This document shows, in pieces, positions 1 through 8,097 of a stretch of 32,000 bases of DNA. Source of the DNA: Candidatus Saccharimonadota bacterium (lineage in GTDB: Archaea > Micrarchaeota > Micrarchaeia > Micrarchaeales > Micrarchaeaceae). The number at the start of each line of letters is the position of its first letter. The stretch's first letter is position 1. A program made the translations under genes and the position numbers. Where the stretch lies: the NCBI GenBank assembly GCA_963705375.1, contig OY970071.1, positions 960,001 to 992,000 on the forward strand, in the 5' to 3' direction. Below the pieces are notes generated by a model. It was not told the origin of the DNA. It did no database searches and worked only from the letters and a program-made list of their open reading frames with translations.

Positions 1-2
1 GC

Positions 3-1661
3 CTGCTGCAGGAGCGCATAGCTAGCACATGCAGCAGCGTGTCTCTGGGCAGCGTGAACGGCTGTATGCAAGCTAGTGGTACCAACGAATATTCCTTTGG
101 CTCGTACCTTGTGCAGCCGTATCAGAGCGTCCTTCAAGCTATCGCGAACATGTACCTCAACGGCAACGTAAACGGTCAGCTTGTCGGGAATTTCAGCGGC
201 ACCGGCAGTTACATTTCGATCCCGTCAATCGTGGGCATCAGCGGATCTTCAAACGCCGCAGTTTCTGCATGGATACTCATGAAGAGTCCTAGCAACAACG
301 TGGTGCTCTCTGATGCTTGGACTTCTCCTATGGTGCTGCAGATGTATGTGCACGCAAACGGCTCTCTAGAGGCAGATTTCGGGAGTGGATCCGACTGGAT
401 CATCGAAGCCGAAACATCGTCGAACACACTGTCTCCAGGCAGGTGGTATGACCTCATGGCTACCTGGCAGAGCGGCAACGGAATCTCATTATACGTAAAC
501 GGCCAACTTCAAAGCGCAAACTATCTCGTAGGCAACTCGTTGTCTGAAGGTTCGTTGGGCGTGCCTTCTATGGGGTATATCGGTTATAGCGGCCAGGGAA
601 TCGGCGGATACTTTGATGGCCTGCTTGCCAACATACAGGTCTATTCTTCGCAGCTCAACTCATCTCAGTCTCTGCAGCTCTACTACCGTGGCGTATCTGG
701 GCACCCATTAGGTGATTCAAACCTGATGGGCTGGTGGCCCCTGAACGGCACTCCGAACGACTACTCTGGAAACGACTACAACGGCACATCAACAAGCGTC
801 GCATATTTCGGCCAGACCCCCTCACCGGGGCCGTTCGCAAGCGCACTTCTTGGTGCCTTATACCCGTCAACAAACATGACGATCTTTATAAACAACAGGT
901 ATGCGCCGTCTATGCATCTTCAGTCTGCCGTCTTCAACGGCTTTGGCAGCATAGACGTTCCGAGCAGCTCGAGCCTTAACTTCATCACGCCATTCAGCGT
1001 CGAGGCATGGTTTGAGACGTCAAACTCTGGAGTGTACCAGACAATCATAAACAAAGACCTTACAGGCGAGGGCTATAACCAGAATTATCATCTTAGGGTG
1101 AACAACAACAATGTTCTGTTCGCAAGGTACGGTACTGGAGCGACTTCGTACGACATAACGGGCAACACTGTAGTGACTGATGGAAGGTGGCACCAGGCTA
1201 TCTTTGTGTGGGATGGCCAGTATGTGCATCTGTATCTTGATGGTGCGCAGGACGCAGCCCCTATAAGCGCGCAGAATTTACCGCTCACTAACACGGACCC
1301 GCTTCAAATAGGGACTTGGGCCGGGTATCTTTCTTTTAATGGCTTACTCTCCAATGTGCAGATATACGGCACAGCCCTTACGGCACCGCAGATAATGCAG
1401 CTGTATACTGAAGGTATCGATGGTGCACCTGCAGCCGGTGCAAACATGGTGGGGTGGTGGCCCCTTGACGGCAACGCAAATGACTACACAATCCACGGCA
1501 ATGGCGGTTACTCTTCAGGCGTCACGTACAGCAGCATGAACACGTATGTTCCTGTTTCATTTTCTGCATCGTCATTGGTGAGCGAAGAATCCATACCTCT
1601 GCTTCTCAATGCAAGCGGAACCGACGGCTTGTACAACGTAAGTGTGGTGATATGGCGATGA
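3..1661 (+). CDS. LamG/concanavalin-like lectin-fold repeat surface protein, 5' partial (frame open to the window edge)
   Basis: Frame 3 is open from nt 3, so the GTG at 39 in the ORF track is probably internal. There are two units of about 170 aa with LamG (Laminin_G_3-type) hallmarks: F.G.GSYI, core strands AWILMKS and EAWFETS, LYVNG and LYLDG, and endings ANIQVYSSQLNSSQSLQLYY and SNVQIYGTALTAPQIMQLYTEG. Each unit is followed by a GWWPL(N/D)G..NDY motif (nt 729-788 and 1452-1508). K/R/E/D content is very low and N-x-S/T sequons are frequent. Confidence 0.7.
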   Translation: MLQERIASTCSSVSLGSVNGCMQASGTNEYSFGSYLVQPYQSVLQAIANMYLNGNVNGQLVGNFSGTGSYISIPSIVGISGSSNAAVSAWILMKSPSNNVVLSDAWTSPMVLQMYVHANGSLEADFGSGSDWIIEAETSSNTLSPGRWYDLMATWQSGNGISLYVNGQLQSANYLVGNSLSEGSLGVPSMGYIGYSGQGIGGYFDGLLANIQVYSSQLNSSQSLQLYYRGVSGHPLGDSNLMGWWPLNGTPNDYSGNDYNGTSTSVAYFGQTPSPGPFASALLGALYPSTNMTIFINNRYAPSMHLQSAVFNGFGSIDVPSSSSLNFITPFSVEAWFETSNSGVYQTIINKDLTGEGYNQNYHLRVNNNNVLFARYGTGATSYDITGNTVVTDGRWHQAIFVWDGQYVHLYLDGAQDAAPISAQNLPLTNTDPLQIGTWAGYLSFNGLLSNVQIYGTALTAPQIMQLYTEGIDGAPAAGANMVGWWPLDGNANDYTIHGNGGYSSGVTYSSMNTYVPVSFSASSLVSEESIPLLLNASGTDGLYNVSVVIWR

Positions 1662-1771
1662 AGCTTCCGATGTGTGTTACTGGCGCTCAGAAGGGTATGC
1701 TCTTCACGCTGATCACCATAGTGCTTGTCACTCTCATGCTTGCGATCGTGATGACATATTTATTGCTGAAC
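1652..1771 (+). other. Class III (type IV prepilin-like) signal peptide candidate, or an uncleaved signal anchor
   Basis: A short charged n-region ends in QKG and is followed directly by MLFTLITIVLV.... This resembles the archaeal (K/R)G|hydrophobic site and the bacterial G|FTLIE prepilin site. The h-region of about 24 aa is too long for a typical cleavable Sec signal. Confidence 0.45.
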
Positions 1772-4414
1772 ATAAACTACGACAACCAGGCGTCTCGGGC
1801 CTACGGTGTCCTTGGCACCGACAATTTTGCAAGCTTGATACAAAGCGCAATGCCATCGCTGCTGGCCACCAGCCTGCAGAATGCACAGCATGCGTATCTA
1901 TCCGAAAACCTTGTGGAATGGTTGCCTCTTAGTGGTAACGCCAACGACTACAGCCGCAACGGCAACGACGGCGCTTCGACCAATGTGATATATGTGCCTA
2001 CTGCTACCGCGCAAGTAGCTGGCTTCGACGGTGTGGGTAGTTATATCAACTTAGGCAACACTGCGAAGTTGGATTTCGCCAGTAACAGTTTCACAGTCCT
2101 CGCATGGGTGTATCCAAAAACCCCAATCAATACATACGGTTCTTACGGACAGGTGCTTGCAAGAACCACTAGTGGTGGTGAAGGGTACGAGTTTGGCTGG
2201 TTTGGAAATTCGGATTGTACTGTGCTGTATGCAACCAACGGTCCAACGACTATCTACAGCAGTAACACTATATGCAAAGACGGCTGGGCATCAATCGGGC
2301 TGACGTCTAGTGGCGGCACTTCGACATTTTATATAAATGGTGCACAGGCTGGAAGCGGATTGATAAATTATCCTTCAGAGGCTTCAACAAATACAGGAAT
2401 AGGCAGGGCGCCAGACAGGGCTTCCCCATCTCTAGACTTCAATGGTCTCATCACTGATATTCAGATATACAACACCTCCCTATCAACAAACCAAATGGCA
2501 AGCGTGTATGTGGAAGGTATGCATGGTGCTCCAGTGACTCCTGTAGACTCTGCTATCTTGTTTCCAATAAATGCATCTGCTTCAGAAGCGCTATCCTCTC
2601 TTCTATCAGGCACGCCGTCAATATCTGGCACTTCCCTTAGCGATTACGTGGCTGCTCTGCAGAAGCAATCGCTCGTGCGCAACGTCCATCTCACAATAAC
2701 AAATCAGAGTGTGGACGTGTTCCAAACATCTCCTCTGTGGCTTAACATAACGTATTCTGCGCTTGCCTCCGTCAATTCAACGTTCGGTGCAGTTTTGTAC
2801 CCTCTGCATTCAAGTGTGGCGTTGCCTGTGGCCGTAGCATACTCTAACATAAGCCTCAGCAACACGGGGAGTGCAAGCTTCGACGGCTCGAGCAGCTACA
2901 TCGACATCGGAAATGTGCCGGAGATAAGTTCTTCATCGACATCATGGACCATATCCTTCTGGATGAACTCTGGAAGTGTAGCTAATTACAAGAACGCACT
3001 CGATGCAAATTTCGTTCCTTCAGGAAACAATGCCGGCCCAAGGTTCGAACAGAGTGGCCCATCCATTTTTTCACTGGCAATCGGCACCGATCAGGGCGAC
3101 TCCAATGGTTACACATACACTGATTCGCTTATTCCGAATACGTGGTACTATGTGGTTGCGATACGGTCTGGAGACGCTGTGGTTGGCTATCTCAACGGTG
3201 TCGAAGTGTTCAACAGCCCTAACACCTTGTGGCCTTCCGGCTTCACGAACCTCACAATAGGAAAGGGTGGGGAAGATTTACCTAATAGGTGGTTCATTGG
3301 CAACATCACGAATATCCAGACCTACTGCGCTGTGCTTTCTGCAAGCCAGATTGCGAGCATGTATGCTGCAGGTACAGGCGGCAGCCCGCAGCAATACGGG
3401 CTTGCTGGCTGGTGGCCTCTTGACGGTAACGCCAACGATTATTCAGGCAACGGCAACAATGGCGCGGCTTATGATGTGGCGTATTCCTCATCAAACGTGC
3501 CAGGGCAGTTCCAGCAGATGCTGGCTTTCAACGCGTCGCAGTATTCTGCCTACGAGCGCGTAGACCTCGGAAACGTGCGTTTCTATCATAACGACGTCCC
3601 GCTTTACAGCTGGTGCGAATCCGGGTGCACCAACGCTAGTACGGCAAGCGTGTTATGGGTGAAGCTGCCAGACGGCATTCGGGCCTTCTCCAACACTGTG
3701 ATGACAATGGCATTCTTGCCAAAGTATGTGGGATATGATTCCGGTATCGGTGCGCATGCCGGAGAGGCGCCGCAGCTGAGCCCGATATATGGCCAGTATG
3801 ACAACGGCGCAAGCGTATTCACATTCTATGACAACTTCCAATCCGGTGATAGTAGGTGGACCATCTATCAAGGCGGTGGCTCAAGTTATTCTTTCAATAA
3901 CGGACTGTCTATAACTTCTGGTGTGTCATCGGGCATGGAGCTCTACGCAAGGGCGTCACAGAACCCTTCAATTGTTGAATCTCTGATAACCAATGGACAG
4001 GGAACAAACCTTGGCACTGCAATCGGATGGTCTACTGTTGCACCATCATCCAATGGTGACTTAAATACTGGCTACTGGATAGACAATGGATTTTCTTCAG
4101 CATATTCTGCAAGAATAATAGGCATCGCTGGTGGGTCCCTGACTTATGCCCCTTCGACAGCATACACTTTCCCTGCAACCTGCGTTATAAGCTTCAGTTG
4201 GCCTTCGACAGGTTCGGAAAACTTTCTTCTTAACTTCAGTCCGATAATGGCTGGCACCGATACCAGTATAGGCTGGTCAACTGCGCATGTTTTCATACAG
4301 CAGAGCTCTGGTGATACTGCAACGTCAACATACCAATGGGTCCGTACGCGCGTCAACCCTCCGAACGGCATCATGCCTACCACAAGCTTCGGCGACGTAG
4401 TTCGGCTTGTTTGA
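1652..4414 (+). CDS. Large (920 aa) secreted LamG-repeat protein with a class III (prepilin-like) signal candidate and a DUF2341-like module; candidate giant pilin or adhesin
   Basis: The start overlaps the upstream stop: ATG 1652 gives a 10-nt overlap, and the alternative ATG 1658 gives an ATGA overlap. The N-terminus is MAMKLPMCVTGAQKG followed by the 24-residue hydrophobic stretch MLFTLITIVLVTLMLAIVMTYLLL. Two LamG units lie at about nt 1916-2520 and 2870-3385. The segment NVRFYHNDVPLYSWCESGCTNASTASVLWVKLPDGIRAFSNTVMTMAFLPKY (about nt 3518-3740) resembles DUF2341. The C-terminus looks like a jelly-roll domain. Confidence 0.75.
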   Translation: MAMKLPMCVTGAQKGMLFTLITIVLVTLMLAIVMTYLLLNINYDNQASRAYGVLGTDNFASLIQSAMPSLLATSLQNAQHAYLSENLVEWLPLSGNANDYSRNGNDGASTNVIYVPTATAQVAGFDGVGSYINLGNTAKLDFASNSFTVLAWVYPKTPINTYGSYGQVLARTTSGGEGYEFGWFGNSDCTVLYATNGPTTIYSSNTICKDGWASIGLTSSGGTSTFYINGAQAGSGLINYPSEASTNTGIGRAPDRASPSLDFNGLITDIQIYNTSLSTNQMASVYVEGMHGAPVTPVDSAILFPINASASEALSSLLSGTPSISGTSLSDYVAALQKQSLVRNVHLTITNQSVDVFQTSPLWLNITYSALASVNSTFGAVLYPLHSSVALPVAVAYSNISLSNTGSASFDGSSSYIDIGNVPEISSSSTSWTISFWMNSGSVANYKNALDANFVPSGNNAGPRFEQSGPSIFSLAIGTDQGDSNGYTYTDSLIPNTWYYVVAIRSGDAVVGYLNGVEVFNSPNTLWPSGFTNLTIGKGGEDLPNRWFIGNITNIQTYCAVLSASQIASMYAAGTGGSPQQYGLAGWWPLDGNANDYSGNGNNGAAYDVAYSSSNVPGQFQQMLAFNASQYSAYERVDLGNVRFYHNDVPLYSWCESGCTNASTASVLWVKLPDGIRAFSNTVMTMAFLPKYVGYDSGIGAHAGEAPQLSPIYGQYDNGASVFTFYDNFQSGDSRWTIYQGGGSSYSFNNGLSITSGVSSGMELYARASQNPSIVESLITNGQGTNLGTAIGWSTVAPSSNGDLNTGYWIDNGFSSAYSARIIGIAGGSLTYAPSTAYTFPATCVISFSWPSTGSENFLLNFSPIMAGTDTSIGWSTAHVFIQQSSGDTATSTYQWVRTRVNPPNGIMPTTSFGDVVRLV

Positions 4415-4537
4415 TTCCTGAGAACCTCAAGAAGCTCTCCATCAACTGACGGATTCATCTTAATCTACACGCGTAGAAAGGACTTCCGCGTACGCCACCA
4501 CAATACGCAACACAGTAGTGTTTGCGCTGCTTGCCTC

Positions 4538-5521
4538 TCAGACGAGGCTGGCGAACATACCTGCAATCACATGCTGCATCACTAAGAAGAGCACGATGCC
4601 TATCGCCACAAACACTGGCAGTAATCTTATTCCCTTCACCGCAGATCCTGAAGATATTGCCGACATGATGAGGCTGGCGAAGCCCGTTATGACTACAATC
4701 GCAGCTAGCGAGAATTCATAATAGACGCCCGGGGTTATCTTCGGAGGACTGGGCTTCAGGAAAGACATTCCCATGCTCGGCATGCCTGCCGGGTTTGCCG
4801 TGAGTATGCCTTTCCATATTGTGTCGGTCACTACAATCATCTGGCTGGTGAGCCCGTATAGCAGCGGAGCAGCTATCAGTGCTGCGAACGCTATAAATAT
4901 ACTGTACAGTAACAGCTGGCCGCTTATCTCCTTCTGGACTATCGCATTGTTCCTCATGTTTTTCGCTATCTGCTCTATAAGGTCTGCCATGGCGCCGCCG
5001 TAGCGCAGCGCCTCAATCATCATTCGAACAGCATGATTCATCTCTGCAGAACGGTATCTGTTAGAGAGCTCCCTGAGTGCGCTCTCGAAATTCTCGCCGC
5101 TGTATATGCGCTTGTTCATTTCCTTGATCTCATCGCTCAAGAAGCTGAACTCTGGCCTTGCAGAAAGCAGAAGCGCTCTGTCAAGCGCTATTCCGCTGCG
5201 CAGGTTAGCGGATGCAATTTGAAAGAAATCCGGCAGCATCTCCTCTAGTTGCGTCTTCCGGTTTTCTATTCTATACTCCATGAACATGTAGATCAAGGCG
5301 ATAAAGACCACGCCAGCCGCAAGCCCGGCAACACCTGCTATGGGTGCGTAGAACTTCAGTACGATGACGCCGACAAATATCATTAGGATAAACATGACGA
5401 AGAAGCCAATTATCGCTATTCTCAAGAGGTTCTCGACCGTAATCTTCATGCCTGCAAGGTCGAGCTCGTGCGATACCCTTCTCGCCACGCCCCTGCTTAC
5501 AAGCATCTCGAATCTCACCAT
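4538..5521 (-). CDS. Type IV filament platform protein, single T2SSF domain (FlaJ/PilC/TadC-like), second of two
   Basis: A polytopic membrane protein whose cytoplasmic T2SSF-like block is LPDFFQIASANLRSGIALDRALLLSA...ALRELSNRY...MIEALRYGGAMADLIEQIA. ATG 5521 lies 4 nt after the upstream stop. The ORF-track start at 5551 is a GTG that overlaps the upstream gene. Confidence 0.75.
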   Translation of the reverse strand: MVRFEMLVSRGVARRVSHELDLAGMKITVENLLRIAIIGFFVMFILMIFVGVIVLKFYAPIAGVAGLAAGVVFIALIYMFMEYRIENRKTQLEEMLPDFFQIASANLRSGIALDRALLLSARPEFSFLSDEIKEMNKRIYSGENFESALRELSNRYRSAEMNHAVRMMIEALRYGGAMADLIEQIAKNMRNNAIVQKEISGQLLLYSIFIAFAALIAAPLLYGLTSQMIVVTDTIWKGILTANPAGMPSMGMSFLKPSPPKITPGVYYEFSLAAIVVITGFASLIMSAISSGSAVKGIRLLPVFVAIGIVLFLVMQHVIAGMFASLV

Positions 5522-5525
5522 TCGA

Positions 5526-6590
5526 TCACATCGAATATACGGGTCTTGCACTCGTTATCATGTTCATGAAAATGAACTGCAGGACTATCATGCCAACAAG
5601 TACGAATCCGAGCACAGAGTCCGTGACTGTAAATACTGCTATGAATGTTGTCAATATGGTGATCACTGCTATGCCCATGCTGGGCACTATTATTCCGAAC
5701 AGCATATAGAACATCGCTATCGCATTCAGTTTCTGGCCGTAACTTCTCAGTTCGATTATGCGCTCTTGCGACAGCTGGTCTATCACGCTCTGCAGGGCAT
5801 CGACGACATTGGCGCCTGCCTTTATGCTGGTCGAAGCCTGCAGCATCATGTGCTTGAACGCGGGGCTCTTCGTCTCAGTTGCCGTCTGGTCTATCGCATC
5901 CTCTAGAGGCAGACCTAATTGCACTCTTTCCACTACCTTGGCAAACTCCTTGCTTGCCTCGGCATAGCCCGTGCTGACCGATGCTATCGAATTGTACAGC
6001 GGCATGCCGGACCTGAGCGAGATTATCATGTCCCTGGCTGCAGAGAGAATGTCCCTTTCTATGTTCTTCGATGCCGCTTTGGCGCGCTGTGCAGGATAGT
6101 TTATGAACACGCCAAACGAAACGTAATATGATGCTGCGCCTACGATGATGCCAAGTATCAGGTCCTCCACTATCGGAAGCCCTACGTTATAGAGCAGGAA
6201 TGTGGTCGATATCAGGAGCACGGCCGCAAGCATCGCCGCAGCCATCATCATGCGCTGCAGGAATTCGTGCACGCTCTGGCGCACTCCCTGCTCCCTGAGT
6301 GACTGGTCGAGCCCCTTTTGCTTCGCTTCGATCCTTTCAAGATAAAGGTAAATGGCTCCAGGTTTCTTTATTTGGCGTATTTCCGCCTTCGCCGCATATC
6401 CTTGCTTCTGCTCCGGAGATGCGCCTGCTGCACCTGGCATGCGCCGTTGTTCTGCACGTGGCGGGTCTGGATCGTTCGTTACTGGCCTACTTTGCTTCCC
6501 GAACATTCCGGAAAGCGTCGTGGGCTTCGGGTCAAGCTCTATGCGCTTGCCGTCAACTTCTATCACTCTTTTGTTCTTCTCAAACATCAT
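5526..6590 (-). CDS. Type IV filament platform protein, single T2SSF domain (FlaJ/PilC/TadB-like), first of two, with a cytoplasmic N-terminal extension of about 120 aa
   Basis: The T2SSF-like block is ILSAARDMIISLRSGMPLYNSIASVS...VVERVQLGLPLEDAIDQTA...ASTSIKAGANVVDALQSVIDQL, flanked by TM helices. The preferred start is ATG 6590 (MMFEKNK), which forms an ATGA overlap with the upstream stop. The ORF track extends the ORF to 6638. Confidence 0.75.
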   Translation of the reverse strand: MMFEKNKRVIEVDGKRIELDPKPTTLSGMFGKQSRPVTNDPDPPRAEQRRMPGAAGASPEQKQGYAAKAEIRQIKKPGAIYLYLERIEAKQKGLDQSLREQGVRQSVHEFLQRMMMAAAMLAAVLLISTTFLLYNVGLPIVEDLILGIIVGAASYYVSFGVFINYPAQRAKAASKNIERDILSAARDMIISLRSGMPLYNSIASVSTGYAEASKEFAKVVERVQLGLPLEDAIDQTATETKSPAFKHMMLQASTSIKAGANVVDALQSVIDQLSQERIIELRSYGQKLNAIAMFYMLFGIIVPSMGIAVITILTTFIAVFTVTDSVLGFVLVGMIVLQFIFMNMITSARPVYSM

Positions 6591-7255
6591 TTCACCAGCG
6601 CAAGCGCCTCGGACAGGCGTTGCTCCCTGACAGCCCACATCTCCTTCTCAGAACCCTGAAGCTCGACATTGCCCTTCTGTATCGTTGCCCTTTCCTTTGC
6701 TATTTCTATCTGGAGCCCTCGAAGCTCCTGCGTCAGGACAGTGAGTTGATCATTGTCGAATATTTTACCACGAATTCCCTCTATTATCTTCTCAAGCTCA
6801 GGAACCTGTTCCGCCATCGGAAGGTTGGGCAGCACGAGGTCTTTCATGTTGATGCTCATCTGGGCCTCTTCTATTGTGGGTCCTGTCTTCAATGCGCCCG
6901 TTACTTCGGCTAGCTCCTGTTTCGCCTTTTCTTTGAGCCTCGCATGCTCTGCTTCGTACGCAGGTGGGGCGAATGCCTGTACTTGTGCAGCGGCTGCTGC
7001 AGGCGCAGGCTTCACAGTCGGTGCTGCTGTGGTCTCAAGCCGTATGTGCTCTTTCTCTTCCTTTGGCTTGTGAGGTGTCTCAAATGAGGCTCTTTCTATC
7101 TGATCTAGCAATTGTCCGTAACCCGCGCCGCGCACGTTGACATTTCCGGCAGTAACATTCGTGATGTTTACTGTGCTCTGAGTTTTGACGCTGGCGCCGC
7201 TCTCGATAGACGTGACAAGCTTTACCAGGTCGTCGTACGAAGTCATAATTGCCAC
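6587..7255 (-). CDS. Hypothetical protein (222 aa) between the ATPase and the platform genes
   Basis: The GTG start overlaps the ATPase TAG stop by 1 nt (TAGTG), and its stop overlaps the next start (ATGA). The protein has no TM segment and no P-loop. A central Ala/Pro-rich linker (TAAPTVKPAPAAAAAQVQAFAPPAY) is followed by a predicted helical C-terminal half. I recognise no family. Confidence 0.55.
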   Translation of the reverse strand: MAIMTSYDDLVKLVTSIESGASVKTQSTVNITNVTAGNVNVRGAGYGQLLDQIERASFETPHKPKEEKEHIRLETTAAPTVKPAPAAAAAQVQAFAPPAYEAEHARLKEKAKQELAEVTGALKTGPTIEEAQMSINMKDLVLPNLPMAEQVPELEKIIEGIRGKIFDNDQLTVLTQELRGLQIEIAKERATIQKGNVELQGSEKEMWAVREQRLSEALALVK

Positions 7256-8097
7256 TAGAGTATATCCTTCGTGAACTTTACGTTGTTGTCCACGATGTCC
7301 ATTACCTTTGTTCTGTTCTTGTAATAGTTAGCGACGACAGAACCGGCATCGTCAACATCCAGCACGTTGTTGGCGACCATCCAGTTGAGCACCTTTATCT
7401 TCTCCTGCACGTCCATCGCTATCTCTTTCCTAGATAGGCCTCCATAGAGCATCAGCTGCTCTGCCAGCCTTGTCATGTCTGCTATCTGCGCGAACCTGCC
7501 GTCAGAGAGGTTCCACCTGTACAGCACGTTAACATCTCCTGTCCTCATTACCTCTCCGAATTCGAGCACGCGCCTTATGCCTTTCATCCGGTGTCTGAAC
7601 AACACGATCATAGCTCCCAGAGCATTCATCAGCACTTTTGGCACGTTGATTGGCGGGTTTGTCATCCTTATTATCGTGTCCTGCGCATTATCTGCGTGCA
7701 CAGTGCCGTACACTGCGTGGCCTGTGTGTATCGCTTCGAAGAGTGTTTCTGCATCTTTCTCAGTTCTGATCTCTCCGACCAGCACTATGTCTGGCCTCTG
7801 CCTTAGTGCGTTTATCATGAGGTTGTAGAGCGTGACCTCTCCCTTTCCTTCAGGGTTTGGCAGCCTGGATACCATCGGTATCCATTGCAGGAAGCTCGGC
7901 AGGGTGAGCTCTCGAGTGCCTTCTATCGATATTATTCTCCTGTTAGCCGGGAAGAATATGCTCGTTGCGTTGAGGAAACTCGTCTTACCGCTAGCTGTGC
8001 CTCCCGAGAACAGCATGCTCATCTCGTTCTGTATGCACAGCCATGTAAGTGCCGCAATCTCGGGGCTCACCGTGCCGTTCTTTATGAGCATCGTCAT
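7255..8097 (-). CDS. FlaI/PilB/GspE-family secretion ATPase, C-terminal (ATPase domain) fragment
   Basis: Walker A is GGTASGKTSFLNA and Walker B/Asp box is RPDIVLVGEIRTEKDAETLFEAIHTGHAVYGTVHA. Upstream of its ATG the same frame still encodes the conserved ...SQSGNTITIRKFSKNPWT. Confidence 0.85.
   Translation of the reverse strand: MTMLIKNGTVSPEIAALTWLCIQNEMSMLFSGGTASGKTSFLNATSIFFPANRRIISIEGTRELTLPSFLQWIPMVSRLPNPEGKGEVTLYNLMINALRQRPDIVLVGEIRTEKDAETLFEAIHTGHAVYGTVHADNAQDTIIRMTNPPINVPKVLMNALGAMIVLFRHRMKGIRRVLEFGEVMRTGDVNVLYRWNLSDGRFAQIADMTRLAEQLMLYGGLSRKEIAMDVQEKIKVLNWMVANNVLDVDDAGSVVANYYKNRTKVMDIVDNNVKFTKDIL

Noticed and set aside
4415-4537. Terminator between the convergent LamG and platform genes.
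   Set aside because: The spacer contains only short palindromes (ACGCGT, GCGTACGC) and no oligo-T tract on either strand. The evidence is insufficient to call a terminator.
5364-6913. Plus-strand ORFs of 180, 204, 113 and 92 aa.
   Set aside because: All are antisense to the T2SSF platform genes and the 222-aa gene. The minus-strand products carry recognisable domains and coupled start/stop junctions.
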